Virus record (IMG/VR): IMGVR_UViG_3300046616_000242
Coordinates: 9,947-73,946 of that record
Strand: one strand, 5' to 3'
Source: a virus
DNA: 64,000 nt
Numbering within the stretch: position 1 is the first letter of the stretch; each line of letters opens with the position of its first letter. A model generated the notes under the pieces. It was given only the letters and a program-made list of their open reading frames with translations, did no database searches and was not told the origin of the DNA. This document shows positions 1 through 7,696 of the stretch, one piece after another. Made by a program: the position numbers and the translations under genes.

Positions 1-81
1 CGCTTCCGCCTTGGGCCTGCTCCAGCCGTGCTGGACCATGTACGCGCGCAGCTCTTCGATGACCTCTTCATCGGTGGCCAT
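1..81 (-). CDS. Hypothetical protein, runs off the left edge (MATDEEVIEELRAY...)
   Basis: ATG at 81 with GAGGAG RBS; open to the window edge; read manually. Confidence 0.6.
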   Translation of the reverse strand, partial: MATDEEVIEELRAYMVQHGWSRPKAEA

Positions 82-94
82 GGTGTGCTACTCC

Positions 95-337
95 TCAGAC
101 TCGGGTGGTGGCGTTGTCAACGCGCGGGCATCCCTGGGCAATGTAGTCCTGCCAACTGACAAGGCTGTTGCGCGTCGCCTGGATGCGGGTCATGAGGATG
201 CGCTGGCGGGCTGCCCTGGACTCCTTGCGCCAGCGGCTCTCCAGGACTTTCAGCGATTTCTCGCGCTGCCTGATCAGCTCGTCGGCGGCCTCCTGGCGCT
301 CGGCCAGCAGTACGGATCGGAACGGACTGCCTGCCAT
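95..337 (-). CDS. Hypothetical early protein, 80 aa
   Basis: ORF with AGGAGG RBS and an upstream TTGACA box. Confidence 0.75.
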   Translation of the reverse strand: MAGSPFRSVLLAERQEAADELIRQREKSLKVLESRWRKESRAARQRILMTRIQATRNSLVSWQDYIAQGCPRVDNATTRV

Positions 338-373
338 CTGCTCCTCCTGGTGTGGGGTGCGTTGTCAGACAAC

Positions 374-402
374 AGTTAAGGGGACCGCTCGACAGTTGTC
401 AA
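374..402 (-). promoter_or_regulatory. Putative sigma70/HrdB-type promoter (TTGACA-17-TTAACT)
   Basis: Perfect -35, imperfect -10; same context as the other early promoters. Confidence 0.5.
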
Positions 403-426
403 GCGATCCCCTCAAAGTGCTTGCGA

Positions 427-669
427 TCAGTAGTCCTCGTCCCAGCGCTCGCCCGCGTACGTCGGGTCGAAGCCGGTCGGCGGGACGTCGGAGAACGGCG
501 CGTACCGGGCGACGATCTCCTCCTGCTTCTTCAGCCGTGCCGACCAGTGGGCGGCGCAGCGCGGGAAGGACTTGCCCGTACCGGACAGCGGGTCACGGAA
601 CTCCACGGGGCCGCTGCACGCGCCCGTGTTGTCCTCCAGGCACTTCAGCTCTTCGGGCTGCTCGGTCAT
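427..669 (-). CDS. Small Cys-containing hypothetical protein (MTEQPEELKC...)
   Basis: Start moved to the ATG following a GAGGAG RBS. Confidence 0.7.
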   Translation of the reverse strand: MTEQPEELKCLEDNTGACSGPVEFRDPLSGTGKSFPRCAAHWSARLKKQEEIVARYAPFSDVPPTGFDPTYAGERWDEDY

Positions 670-686
670 GACGTGCTCCTCGTGGG

Positions 687-1037
687 TCAGACGCTGAGTT
701 CCAGGGAGTCCGGCGAGGTCGGCGCGGGCTCCTTCGGGCGGAAGTGCTCGACGACGTCCCTCACCCACTGCGGGGTGTCGTCGTTCTCCAGGGAGAAGGA
801 GGTCAGGTGCTCAACCTGTCCCGGCGTACCGTCCTGCTTCAGCAGGACCCCGATGACCGGCAGGGACGCGGTCGTCCACTCGCCGTTGCTCGGCCAGTAG
901 GTCAGGTGGAACCGGACGACCTTCATCTCCTTGTCCTTGGCCCGGCCCGAGTAGGCCCCGGTGGGGATGGTCGGACCGTCCTCGACGGGGACGAAGACCT
1001 CGCGGCGGGTGGTCCAGTTGGTGGGGATGATCTTCAT
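687..1037 (-). CDS. Hypothetical protein, 116 aa
   Basis: ORF, AGGAGG RBS, GC3-rich codons. Confidence 0.75.
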   Translation of the reverse strand: MKIIPTNWTTRREVFVPVEDGPTIPTGAYSGRAKDKEMKVVRFHLTYWPSNGEWTTASLPVIGVLLKQDGTPGQVEHLTSFSLENDDTPQWVRDVVEHFRPKEPAPTSPDSLELSV

Positions 1038-1068
1038 GGTGGTGCTCCTCCTGATGCGGGGTGGGTAG

Positions 1069-1197
1069 TCAGTGCTGGGGGGTAGCTGCGTCGTCCGTCG
1101 GGGCCCAGTAGTGGCCCTTGTAGACGTGGGCCGGATAGCCGTCCTGCTCGACCTTCTTGATGTGGCCCTGGTAGGTGGTGGCCCTGCACTTACACAC
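1069..1197 (-). CDS. Small hypothetical protein, 42 aa (MCKCRATTYQGHIK...)
   Basis: Read manually; fills the gap between neighbours, GC3-rich codons. Confidence 0.55.
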   Translation of the reverse strand: MCKCRATTYQGHIKKVEQDGYPAHVYKGHYWAPTDDAATPQH

Positions 1198-1199
1198 GA

Positions 1200-1385
1200 T
1201 CAGCCCTTCTCGGTCCGGGCCAGGATCTCCTCGGCCGGGGTGTAGTCGGTCTGCTCGTCCAGCTCGCGGAAGACGCCCGCGTTGTCCAGCGCCTCGAATG
1301 AGGTGATGGCCCGCTCGCTGTTGTCGCCGTCCCAGCCCTTGCGCAGCCAGGCCAGGGCCTCGATGACCTCGTTGCTGTACGCCAT
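1200..1385 (-). CDS. Hypothetical protein (MAYSNEVIEAL...)
   Basis: ATG just after the upstream stop, GAGGAG RBS. Confidence 0.7.
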   Translation of the reverse strand: MAYSNEVIEALAWLRKGWDGDNSERAITSFEALDNAGVFRELDEQTDYTPAEEILARTEKG

Positions 1386-1387
1386 GA

Positions 1388-1792
1388 TCAGTTCTCCTCG
1401 TCGATGAGTTCGATGATGTCCGTGCTGGACAGCACCTTGGTTGCCGCGTTGTGCTGGGCCAGGGCCTGCGTGCCGTAGGTTCCGGTGTTGGCGTGCCGGG
1501 AGGTGCGCAGCCATTGGGTGATCTCAGCGCGCACCTTGTGTACGGCCTTCAGGAAGTCCTCGTGGCCGACCTCCTCCAGGGGGCCCCCGGCGGTCTCGTG
1601 GATCTCCAACCAGGAGACGGCGACGGCCTCGAAGTCGATGAGGCGGTCCAGGGTGTGCGAGGAGGTGGCTCGGCTGCCCTTCGCCAGGGGCTTGACCAAC
1701 TCCCTGGACAGCTCCGCGCGGACGGCGGTCGCCTCCTTGACGGCGTCGCCGATACGGCGCTCCAGGTACTTCGCGGTGGCCTTGGCGTCCAT
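1388..1792 (-). CDS. Hypothetical protein, 134 aa
   Basis: ORF, AGGAG RBS. Confidence 0.75.
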   Translation of the reverse strand: MDAKATAKYLERRIGDAVKEATAVRAELSRELVKPLAKGSRATSSHTLDRLIDFEAVAVSWLEIHETAGGPLEEVGHEDFLKAVHKVRAEITQWLRTSRHANTGTYGTQALAQHNAATKVLSSTDIIELIDEEN

Positions 1793-1795
1793 GCC

Positions 1796-1942
1796 CTACT
1801 CCTGCTCTCGTATGGCTGCGTGCTTGGCAGTCTTGCGCGTGCGCTGCTTGCGGGGGCGGGAATCGTGGCCTCCGGCCGCTCCGCTGCGCCGACGCTCCTG
1901 GACGGCGCGGACATGCTCGGGGGTCTGCTGCTGGTCGTTCAC
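1796..1942 (-). CDS. Small basic protein, 48 aa (..ERRRSGAAGGHDSRPRKQRTRK..)
   Basis: Read manually; GTG start with GGAGG RBS. Confidence 0.65.
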   Translation of the reverse strand: MNDQQQTPEHVRAVQERRRSGAAGGHDSRPRKQRTRKTAKHAAIREQE

Positions 1943-1974
1943 GGGTGCCTCCGGGGCCGTAGGGAAGATTCCAG

Positions 1975-2012
1975 GTTATGGCTTCTCCCCTACGGCTTCC
2001 GAGTTACGGCTC
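1975..2012. repeat. Three TTACGGCTT-like boxes with a 14-bp period
   Basis: ttatggctt 1976, ctacggctt 1990, ttacggctc 2004. Confidence 0.75.
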
Positions 2013-2869
2013 TACTTGCGGCGGGCCGCGCGCTTCTTGGCCTCGTCGATGACCACCTCGGTGGTCTTGCCCTCCTTGTCCGCGACGGCCTCGGCGACCT
2101 TGTTCACGTCGCGGTGGGTGCCATCGTTGCCCCGCCACGTCTCGTACTGGTCGGCCAGCCAGGAGCGGGCGGCGGCCAGGGTCGCGATGGTCTCGAAGCG
2201 GTCGTGCGCAGGCTCGGTGACGATGCCGCTGCGGGTCTTGCGCTGACGCTCGGGGACGCGCCAGTCGAAGACCTCAAGCGGGGTGCCGTCGGGGTTGGCG
2301 ATGGCCTTGGCGGCTTTCTTCGCGGCTGCCGCTGCCTTCTTGGCCTCACGCTCCAGGCGGGCGGCCTTGCGCTCCGGCGCCTCCAGCTTCGTCTTCTGCT
2401 TGAGGACGTCGACCGGGGCCCACGGGAAGCAGACGGTGCACGACTTCTCGCCCGCCAGGACGACCAGCTCCTCAGCCGACATGCCGGACTGCTCGACCAG
2501 CCACGCGTACCGGGTGGTGGGGAAGCAGGAGGCGCAGTGGGTGTCCTTGTGGACGTGCCCGTTGGTGTTGTCGACCAGGTAGTACCGGGTCCAGCGACGC
2601 TCGTGGTACTGCGCCTCGCAGGGGTACACCTCGGCCTGAAGGATTCCCTGGATGCGCTCTTGGAGCGCTGCGATCTCGCCGACCAGCTTGGCGCGGTTCT
2701 CCGGGGAGTAGGCCGGGAGCATGGACTGGTAGGACCCGGGCTCGGCCTCGTCGATGCGGGACACCGTGGCGGTGAGGCGGTGCTGCTGGCTGGTGAGGTC
2801 GGCGATCTTGCCGTAGGCGTTGGCGAGGACGGTGTCGACCTCGACGGGGGTGGCGGTGGTGAGGTTCAC
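2012..2869 (-). CDS. Hypothetical metal-binding phage protein (HxH..CxxC, CxxCFP), 285 aa
   Basis: ORF, AGGAGG RBS, Cys/His motifs. Confidence 0.8.
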   Translation of the reverse strand: MNLTTATPVEVDTVLANAYGKIADLTSQQHRLTATVSRIDEAEPGSYQSMLPAYSPENRAKLVGEIAALQERIQGILQAEVYPCEAQYHERRWTRYYLVDNTNGHVHKDTHCASCFPTTRYAWLVEQSGMSAEELVVLAGEKSCTVCFPWAPVDVLKQKTKLEAPERKAARLEREAKKAAAAAKKAAKAIANPDGTPLEVFDWRVPERQRKTRSGIVTEPAHDRFETIATLAAARSWLADQYETWRGNDGTHRDVNKVAEAVADKEGKTTEVVIDEAKKRAARRK

Positions 2870-2911
2870 CTGGTGCCTCCTGTTTCGGGGCGGTTGTTGC
2901 TGACAGGTAAG

Positions 2912-2940
2912 ACTCTATGGGGGCGACTACGCCTTGTCAA
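2912..2940 (-). promoter_or_regulatory. Sigma70/HrdB-type promoter TTGACA-17-TAGAGT
   Basis: Consensus boxes with 17-bp spacing upstream of an RBS. Confidence 0.85.
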
Positions 2941-3262
2941 TCGCAATCGGCGAACCGCTTGCGTCGATGTACTGCTCGATGTCGTAGCCCATCTCCAGGG
3001 AGTTGAGGCGCTTCCTGCCGATGGCCTTGATGCGCAGTTCCAGGCGGGTGGACCAGTCGGCCACGTCGGCCGGGGAGAACGGGCCGATCTTGCACTGGCG
3101 CAGCCACAGGATGGGGTCGAAGCGGTCGCCCGTGCCGGTGAGGGCGTCGGCGATGTTGAAGGCGATGTTGCGGCGGGCGTTGATGTCCTGGTCGTCCGAG
3201 TCGGCGATGGCGGCGGACAGGGTCTCGTAGTCGCTGCGGGACATGCTGCGGGGCGCGGGCAT
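2927..3262 (-). CDS. Hypothetical protein, 111 aa
   Basis: ORF, AGGAGG RBS. Confidence 0.75.
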   Translation of the reverse strand: MPAPRSMSRSDYETLSAAIADSDDQDINARRNIAFNIADALTGTGDRFDPILWLRQCKIGPFSPADVADWSTRLELRIKAIGRKRLNSLEMGYDIEQYIDASGSPIAIDKA

Positions 3263-3365
3263 GGCGGGCTCCTCCTGGTACGGGGATGGATGTTCGTGGG
3301 AAGGCTACGGGCCGCCCGGCTCAGGTGTCGAGTCGGACGGCCCGTACGCAGGGGGTGCGTCAGGA

Positions 3366-3596
3366 TCACGCGGCGGGGCGCTCCAGGTAGTACCACAGGC
3401 CGCTGTTCACCTGGACGGTGTAGCGGGCGCCGTCGGTGGACTCGATCAGCCGGGCCTTGGGGTAGGTCGCGAGGGCCTTCCAGGCGCGGTCGGCGTCCAC
3501 GGGTACCATCTCCGTGCCGTTGTAGGCGCGGCAGTTGGTGAAGTCGGCCTTGATGGCCTCGATCTTCTTCGTGGCGGTGCGGGCGATGGTGCGCAT
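3366..3596 (-). CDS. Hypothetical protein, 76 aa
   Basis: ORF, AGGAG RBS. Confidence 0.7.
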   Translation of the reverse strand: MRTIARTATKKIEAIKADFTNCRAYNGTEMVPVDADRAWKALATYPKARLIESTDGARYTVQVNSGLWYYLERPAA

Positions 3597-3616
3597 GCTG
3601 GCGATCTCCTAGGGTC

Positions 3617-4471
3617 TCAGGCGGCGAGGGGGGTGCGCTGGCCGCCGATGGCCTTGGCGCTGCCGAGGCGGGCGGACTGGCCCGCGTTGTCACCGGCCAC
3701 ACGGGCGGTGGTGCTGTACGCGGTGGTGCGGCTGGAGCCCTTCCAGGAGCCCTTGGCGGTGGAGGCCTTCTCGTAGTAGGCGCCGATCTCCTTCTTCTTG
3801 TCGAAGAGGACCAGTTCGGCGGTCACCTCGATCTCGTACTCCACGCCGTTCTCACCCGTGGTGGGCAGGGTGTAGACGTTCCCCTTGGCCGCCTCCAGGG
3901 CCTCCTGGCGGGCCTCCCACAGGCGCGAGGAGATGCGCCGGGTGAAGGCGTCGTAGAAGTTGGCTCGGGCGGTGCGGCCGTCCATCGAGCGCTCCTCCAG
4001 GTCCTTGTAGGTGCCCCAGTCGTCGCGCTTGGTCACCTGCCGCAGGACCTTCTCCTGCTTGTACTCGCCGGTCTTCAGCCAGGAGTTGGCGGCCTCGGTC
4101 ATCTGGTAAAGCAGGGAGGCGTACAGGACCTCGACGACCTCGATGTCCGACGGCATGCCGAAGGCGATGACGAAGGTGGAGTTCATCGCGATGTTGACCT
4201 TGACGTCGTTGTTGTCGGCGATGGCGATGAACAGGTTCACCAAGCGGGCGTTGTTGTTCTTGCGGGGCTGGCCGATGGTGATGTGCTTGTGGGTCGGCTG
4301 CTCGCGCTGCTCACGCTTGGCGGTGTGCTGCCGGGCCACGGCGAGGTCGATGCTGCCGAGGGTGGCCAGGGCCTGCGCCTTCTTCATGTAGGTCGCGGCC
4401 TCCTCGGGGCTGGAGGCGTTCTCGGCCTGGTTGAGGATCTTGGCCAGCTTGTCGAGCATGCGGTCAGCCAT
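3617..4471 (-). CDS. DUF2786-domain protein (Rv0184-like)
   Basis: N-terminal LDKLAKILNQAE..PEEAATYMKKAQAL matches the DUF2786 pattern; adjacent to an HExxH gene. Confidence 0.8.
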   Translation of the reverse strand: MADRMLDKLAKILNQAENASSPEEAATYMKKAQALATLGSIDLAVARQHTAKREQREQPTHKHITIGQPRKNNNARLVNLFIAIADNNDVKVNIAMNSTFVIAFGMPSDIEVVEVLYASLLYQMTEAANSWLKTGEYKQEKVLRQVTKRDDWGTYKDLEERSMDGRTARANFYDAFTRRISSRLWEARQEALEAAKGNVYTLPTTGENGVEYEIEVTAELVLFDKKKEIGAYYEKASTAKGSWKGSSRTTAYSTTARVAGDNAGQSARLGSAKAIGGQRTPLAA

Positions 4472-4510
4472 CGTGGGCTCCTCCTGTTGCGGGGGCGGTT
4501 GATGAGGTAG

Positions 4511-4539
4511 AACTTACGGGTTCACGAAACCCTTGTCAA
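4511..4539 (-). promoter_or_regulatory. Sigma70-type promoter TTGACA-17-TAAGTT
   Basis: Consensus boxes with 17-bp spacing. Confidence 0.85.
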
Positions 4540-4560
4540 GCGATTTCCAGATGTTGCTTG

Positions 4561-5070
4561 CTAGGCCGCGACGAGGGCGCCGAAGGCGACACCGTTGCTG
4601 GCGAAGGCGTCGGTGAGCAGCAGGCCGACCTCGTCGCCGACCAGCTCCTTGACCAGGTGCAGGTAGGTGGAGACGAAATGCACGCCGTGGGACTCTCCGC
4701 CCCGGGCGAGGTGGTGGGCCAGCTCGTGGATGATGACCATCTCGCGCATGGCCCAGGAGATACCCTGCTTGTGGTCGGGCACCGCGATGACCCCGAGGCG
4801 GTAGGTGGCCCAGGAGGCACCCTTGCGGGCGCGGACCGTGACCGGCTGCGCGGCCTGCGTGGGCCAGGTGGCGCGTACCCAGTTCAGGCCGAGGACCTGG
4901 TCGATGTAGCGCTGGACGCCGTCGAGGTTGCCGAACTTACGCTCGTCGGGCAGGACCAGGGTCGAGCCGTAGAAGTCGAAGGTGCGGGCGTCGGTCTTGG
5001 CGACGGTGGCCAGCACGTCCATGACGAGGTTTTCGGCGTTGTAGACCTTGCTCATCTGGTTGTCTCGCAT
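4561..5070 (-). CDS. Putative metallohydrolase, TIGR04338 / Rv0185-like
   Basis: MRDNQMSKVYNAE start, WAMREMVIIHELAHH and HGxxF motifs. Confidence 0.8.
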   Translation of the reverse strand: MRDNQMSKVYNAENLVMDVLATVAKTDARTFDFYGSTLVLPDERKFGNLDGVQRYIDQVLGLNWVRATWPTQAAQPVTVRARKGASWATYRLGVIAVPDHKQGISWAMREMVIIHELAHHLARGGESHGVHFVSTYLHLVKELVGDEVGLLLTDAFASNGVAFGALVAA

Positions 5071-5073
5071 GGC

Positions 5074-5427
5074 TCAGACCTCCTTGCCGGTGAGGGCGGC
5101 GAGGACCTTGCGCTTGGCCTCGGCGAGGCCGTGCTTGAAGCCCTCGGAGCGGATCACGGCACCGATGCGCTCGGCTTCGCGGCGGGCGCTCCTCTCGGAC
5201 ATGCCCCCGTCCTCCAGCCGGACGGCGAGGTCGTTGATCTCCAACTGGGCCGTGCGGCCAGCTACGCCGACGATGGGGCGGCCCTTGTCGCGGCCCGCGT
5301 TGTAGATGTCGTCCAGTGCGCGGCGCAGGTCGTCGATGTTCAGGCCCTCTCCCTGGCCCACGAGGTTGAACACCTCGGTGTACTTCTTCTCCAGGGCGAG
5401 GTAGTCGCGGACGCTGCTGTCGGCCAT
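5074..5427 (-). CDS. Hypothetical protein, 117 aa
   Basis: ORF, AGGAGG RBS. Confidence 0.75.
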   Translation of the reverse strand: MADSSVRDYLALEKKYTEVFNLVGQGEGLNIDDLRRALDDIYNAGRDKGRPIVGVAGRTAQLEINDLAVRLEDGGMSERSARREAERIGAVIRSEGFKHGLAEAKRKVLAALTGKEV

Positions 5428-5472
5428 GGGGTGCTCCTCCTGCTGCGGGGGCGGTTGGTGTTGACAGGGAGA

Positions 5473-5500
5473 ACACTACTCCGAAAGCCGTAATCGTCAA
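5473..5500 (-). promoter_or_regulatory. Sigma70-type promoter TTGACG-16-TAGTGT, overlapped by AAGCCGTAAT boxes
   Basis: Near-consensus boxes. Confidence 0.7.
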
Positions 5501-5537
5501 GCCGTAATCTACATGACGTAACGAAGAAAGCCGTGAG
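5485..5537. repeat. Four AAGCCGTAAT-like boxes, period 14/14/15 bp
   Basis: aagccgtaat 5485 and 5499, atgacgtaac 5513, aagccgtgag 5528. Confidence 0.8.
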
Positions 5538-5564
5538 CTGCATCACATGCGGCTCACGGCTTTC
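5526..5564. terminator. Long hairpin, probable terminator
   Basis: gaaagccgtgagctgcat / atgcggctcacggctttc inverted repeat just after the stop at 5586. Confidence 0.7.
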
Positions 5565-5585
5565 AGGTGTTGACCTTGTGGCGGA

Positions 5586-5969
5586 TTACTTGGTAGACGT
5601 TGGTGTTTCCGTCACCGTCCTCACAGGGCACGGAATCTTGACCTGCACGGAATGCGTATGTGCGAGCCCATATACAGGCGCGTACGGCGTAGCCGTGGAC
5701 GTAGGTGTGACTGCGGGCGAAGGCCCGACCACTATGGACACCTTGCATGTGCCCGTGGTATCCGCCTTTGCTGGCGCCTCCGCGTAGCGGGTTACCGTGG
5801 CGACGGGCTGCGGATTGGAATCCCCCTCGGTTCTGGGAGAATCCGACTGGGAAACTCCGGTATTAAGCCCGGCGGAATGCTGCTCGGGAATCACGGAAAT
5901 TCCGATCGCAGGAATCGCGAGAAATCCGATGGCGATGAGGGCGGCCTTTACTCGGCGGAATCTGTTCAT
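5586..5969 (-). CDS. Membrane-anchored or secreted Thr/Pro-rich protein
   Basis: MNRFRRVK followed by a hydrophobic helix; ATGA overlap with the upstream gene. Confidence 0.65.
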   Translation of the reverse strand: MNRFRRVKAALIAIGFLAIPAIGISVIPEQHSAGLNTGVSQSDSPRTEGDSNPQPVATVTRYAEAPAKADTTGTCKVSIVVGPSPAVTPTSTATPYAPVYGLAHTHSVQVKIPCPVRTVTETPTSTK

Positions 5970-6115
5970 ACCAGCACCGTACCGTAGCCCTCGCAGGGGA
6001 CACAGTCCGCTCCGTCGCGGTCCTCTCCAGTGCCGTAGCACCGCTTGCACTCGACCTCTTCCGCCGCGCTGTCGCCGCCGTCGGCGAAAGACACTGCATG
6101 CACGTGCGCGCTCAT
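5966..6115 (-). CDS. Small zinc-finger protein, 49 aa, with two DnaJ-type CxxCxGxG motifs
   Basis: Read manually: CKRCYGTG..CVPCEGYG; not in the ORF track. Confidence 0.7.
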   Translation of the reverse strand: MSAHVHAVSFADGGDSAAEEVECKRCYGTGEDRDGADCVPCEGYGTVLV

Positions 6116-6127
6116 GAGAAGTACTAA

Positions 6128-7666
6128 CTAACCTTCCTGGTTGTAGAAAGTTGGTACATCGACGATTTCCGCGTCGATGAATCCGCTGCCGGACTCGATC
6201 ATCCGGTCCGCTGATACAGGGCGGTCGAGGGCGGTCATCTGCTCCCCGGCGTCCTTTCCGAACAGGCGACTGATCATACCGGCCTGGGCTCCGTTCCCCT
6301 TAGCCTCCAGTTTCACGGAGAAGGAATCCTGCTCCAGTTCGGTCTTCACCTTCACCAGTTTCTGGAGCCGGTCGATCTCACCGGACAGGTTCGGATCCGC
6401 GTAGCCGCCGGTCATATCCTCGACCATCTTCATGAAGAAGACCCGCTGCGTCTGCATCTCGATGAGCGAATTCTGGAGCGAGGCCATCTGCTGCTTGCTC
6501 TTCACTTCGACCGGAATGTCGTACGCACAGTTCGCGTCCTTGTCGAAGGCCGGGCACTTCTGGGCCAGGAAGCACGCCGAGCACACCCGCATGGACTGCG
6601 AGCGGACGGTCACCAGCGGGACGTCGCGCTCCTTGTTCACGCCGTCGTCGGGGTCGGTGTAGACCTCCTTCTCCTGCACCACGCCGATGACCGGCAAGTT
6701 GGTACGCGCCCGCTCCCTGCGAGGGGTGGGAGTTGTTACGCCGTTGACCAGTTCTCCGGTGGTCGTATCAACTGTGCCCCCCTGCGTTTGAGAGAAAGCG
6801 GAGAGTATCCCTGAAGCGGAAGTAGTAACTGGATCGGCCTCGGGCGCACGGTGTTGCTCGATGGAGGCCGCGAGTTGCTGCCACGACCAGATGGTGAAGC
6901 GCAGTACCTCGTTGTTGTCGCCGTCCTCGATCTTGTCCGGGTCGAAGCCTGCTTCCTGGAAAAGAGTGCGGTGCCGCTTTCGGGCCTGGTCCTTGTATTT
7001 CTTCGGGTACCGCTTCAATTCCCGGCCGGTCCACACGATGGTGTCACCGTACTGCGAGGGGGAAATCCAGGAGGTGGACGCGACGGAATCCCAGGTGACC
7101 GCCGCCATTTCCGCAGGCTTCGTCATTGCGACGCCGTGGAGAAGGGTTCCGTATTTCCGGGTGATCTCGTTTAGAACGGGAGCGAGATTCCGTCCGTCCA
7201 AATCCGTCTGAGTAATTCCGACACGCTTGTAGCGTTGCGCGAGGCGGTCGAGTTCATCGACGCCCCATTCCGCGTGCCAGATAGGAAGGAACTTGTCCTC
7301 CGGCAGGTCCTCCCAGAAATCCTCGCGCCGGGCCTCTATCCATTCCCGTCCGAGAACGACCGCGTCGAACTCGGACACCATATTAAGCGAGTCGATGTTC
7401 TGCTGGACGAAGGCTTCGTAGTGCGCGGCGATTTCCTTGAGTTCACCTATCGAGTACTTGTCGTCCTCGGCCTTGTTCACGGTGTAGGCACCGGAGTCGA
7501 GGAAAACCTTCTGGCCCTCCAGGTAGTGGTCCTCGATGAGCCACGGCCGGGAGAACTTGGTGCGCCTCCGCAGCCCCATGTAGGACAGGGAGACGTTCTC
7601 GACGCCTTCCTCGGCCAGCATCTTGCGCCAGCCGGGGATCTCGGATCCGCCGAAGTACAGTTCCAC
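6128..7666 (-). CDS. TGT/DpdA-like (guanine transglycosylase fold) protein with a C-terminal 4-Cys and helical extension
   Basis: FLDSGAY, EFD, PIWH, LHG and WDSVASTSW motifs; CSAC..C..C near the C-terminus. Confidence 0.7.
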   Translation of the reverse strand: MELYFGGSEIPGWRKMLAEEGVENVSLSYMGLRRRTKFSRPWLIEDHYLEGQKVFLDSGAYTVNKAEDDKYSIGELKEIAAHYEAFVQQNIDSLNMVSEFDAVVLGREWIEARREDFWEDLPEDKFLPIWHAEWGVDELDRLAQRYKRVGITQTDLDGRNLAPVLNEITRKYGTLLHGVAMTKPAEMAAVTWDSVASTSWISPSQYGDTIVWTGRELKRYPKKYKDQARKRHRTLFQEAGFDPDKIEDGDNNEVLRFTIWSWQQLAASIEQHRAPEADPVTTSASGILSAFSQTQGGTVDTTTGELVNGVTTPTPRRERARTNLPVIGVVQEKEVYTDPDDGVNKERDVPLVTVRSQSMRVCSACFLAQKCPAFDKDANCAYDIPVEVKSKQQMASLQNSLIEMQTQRVFFMKMVEDMTGGYADPNLSGEIDRLQKLVKVKTELEQDSFSVKLEAKGNGAQAGMISRLFGKDAGEQMTALDRPVSADRMIESGSGFIDAEIVDVPTFYNQEG

Positions 7667-7696
7667 GGGTTGTTTCTCCGAATCTGAATTGGTGGT

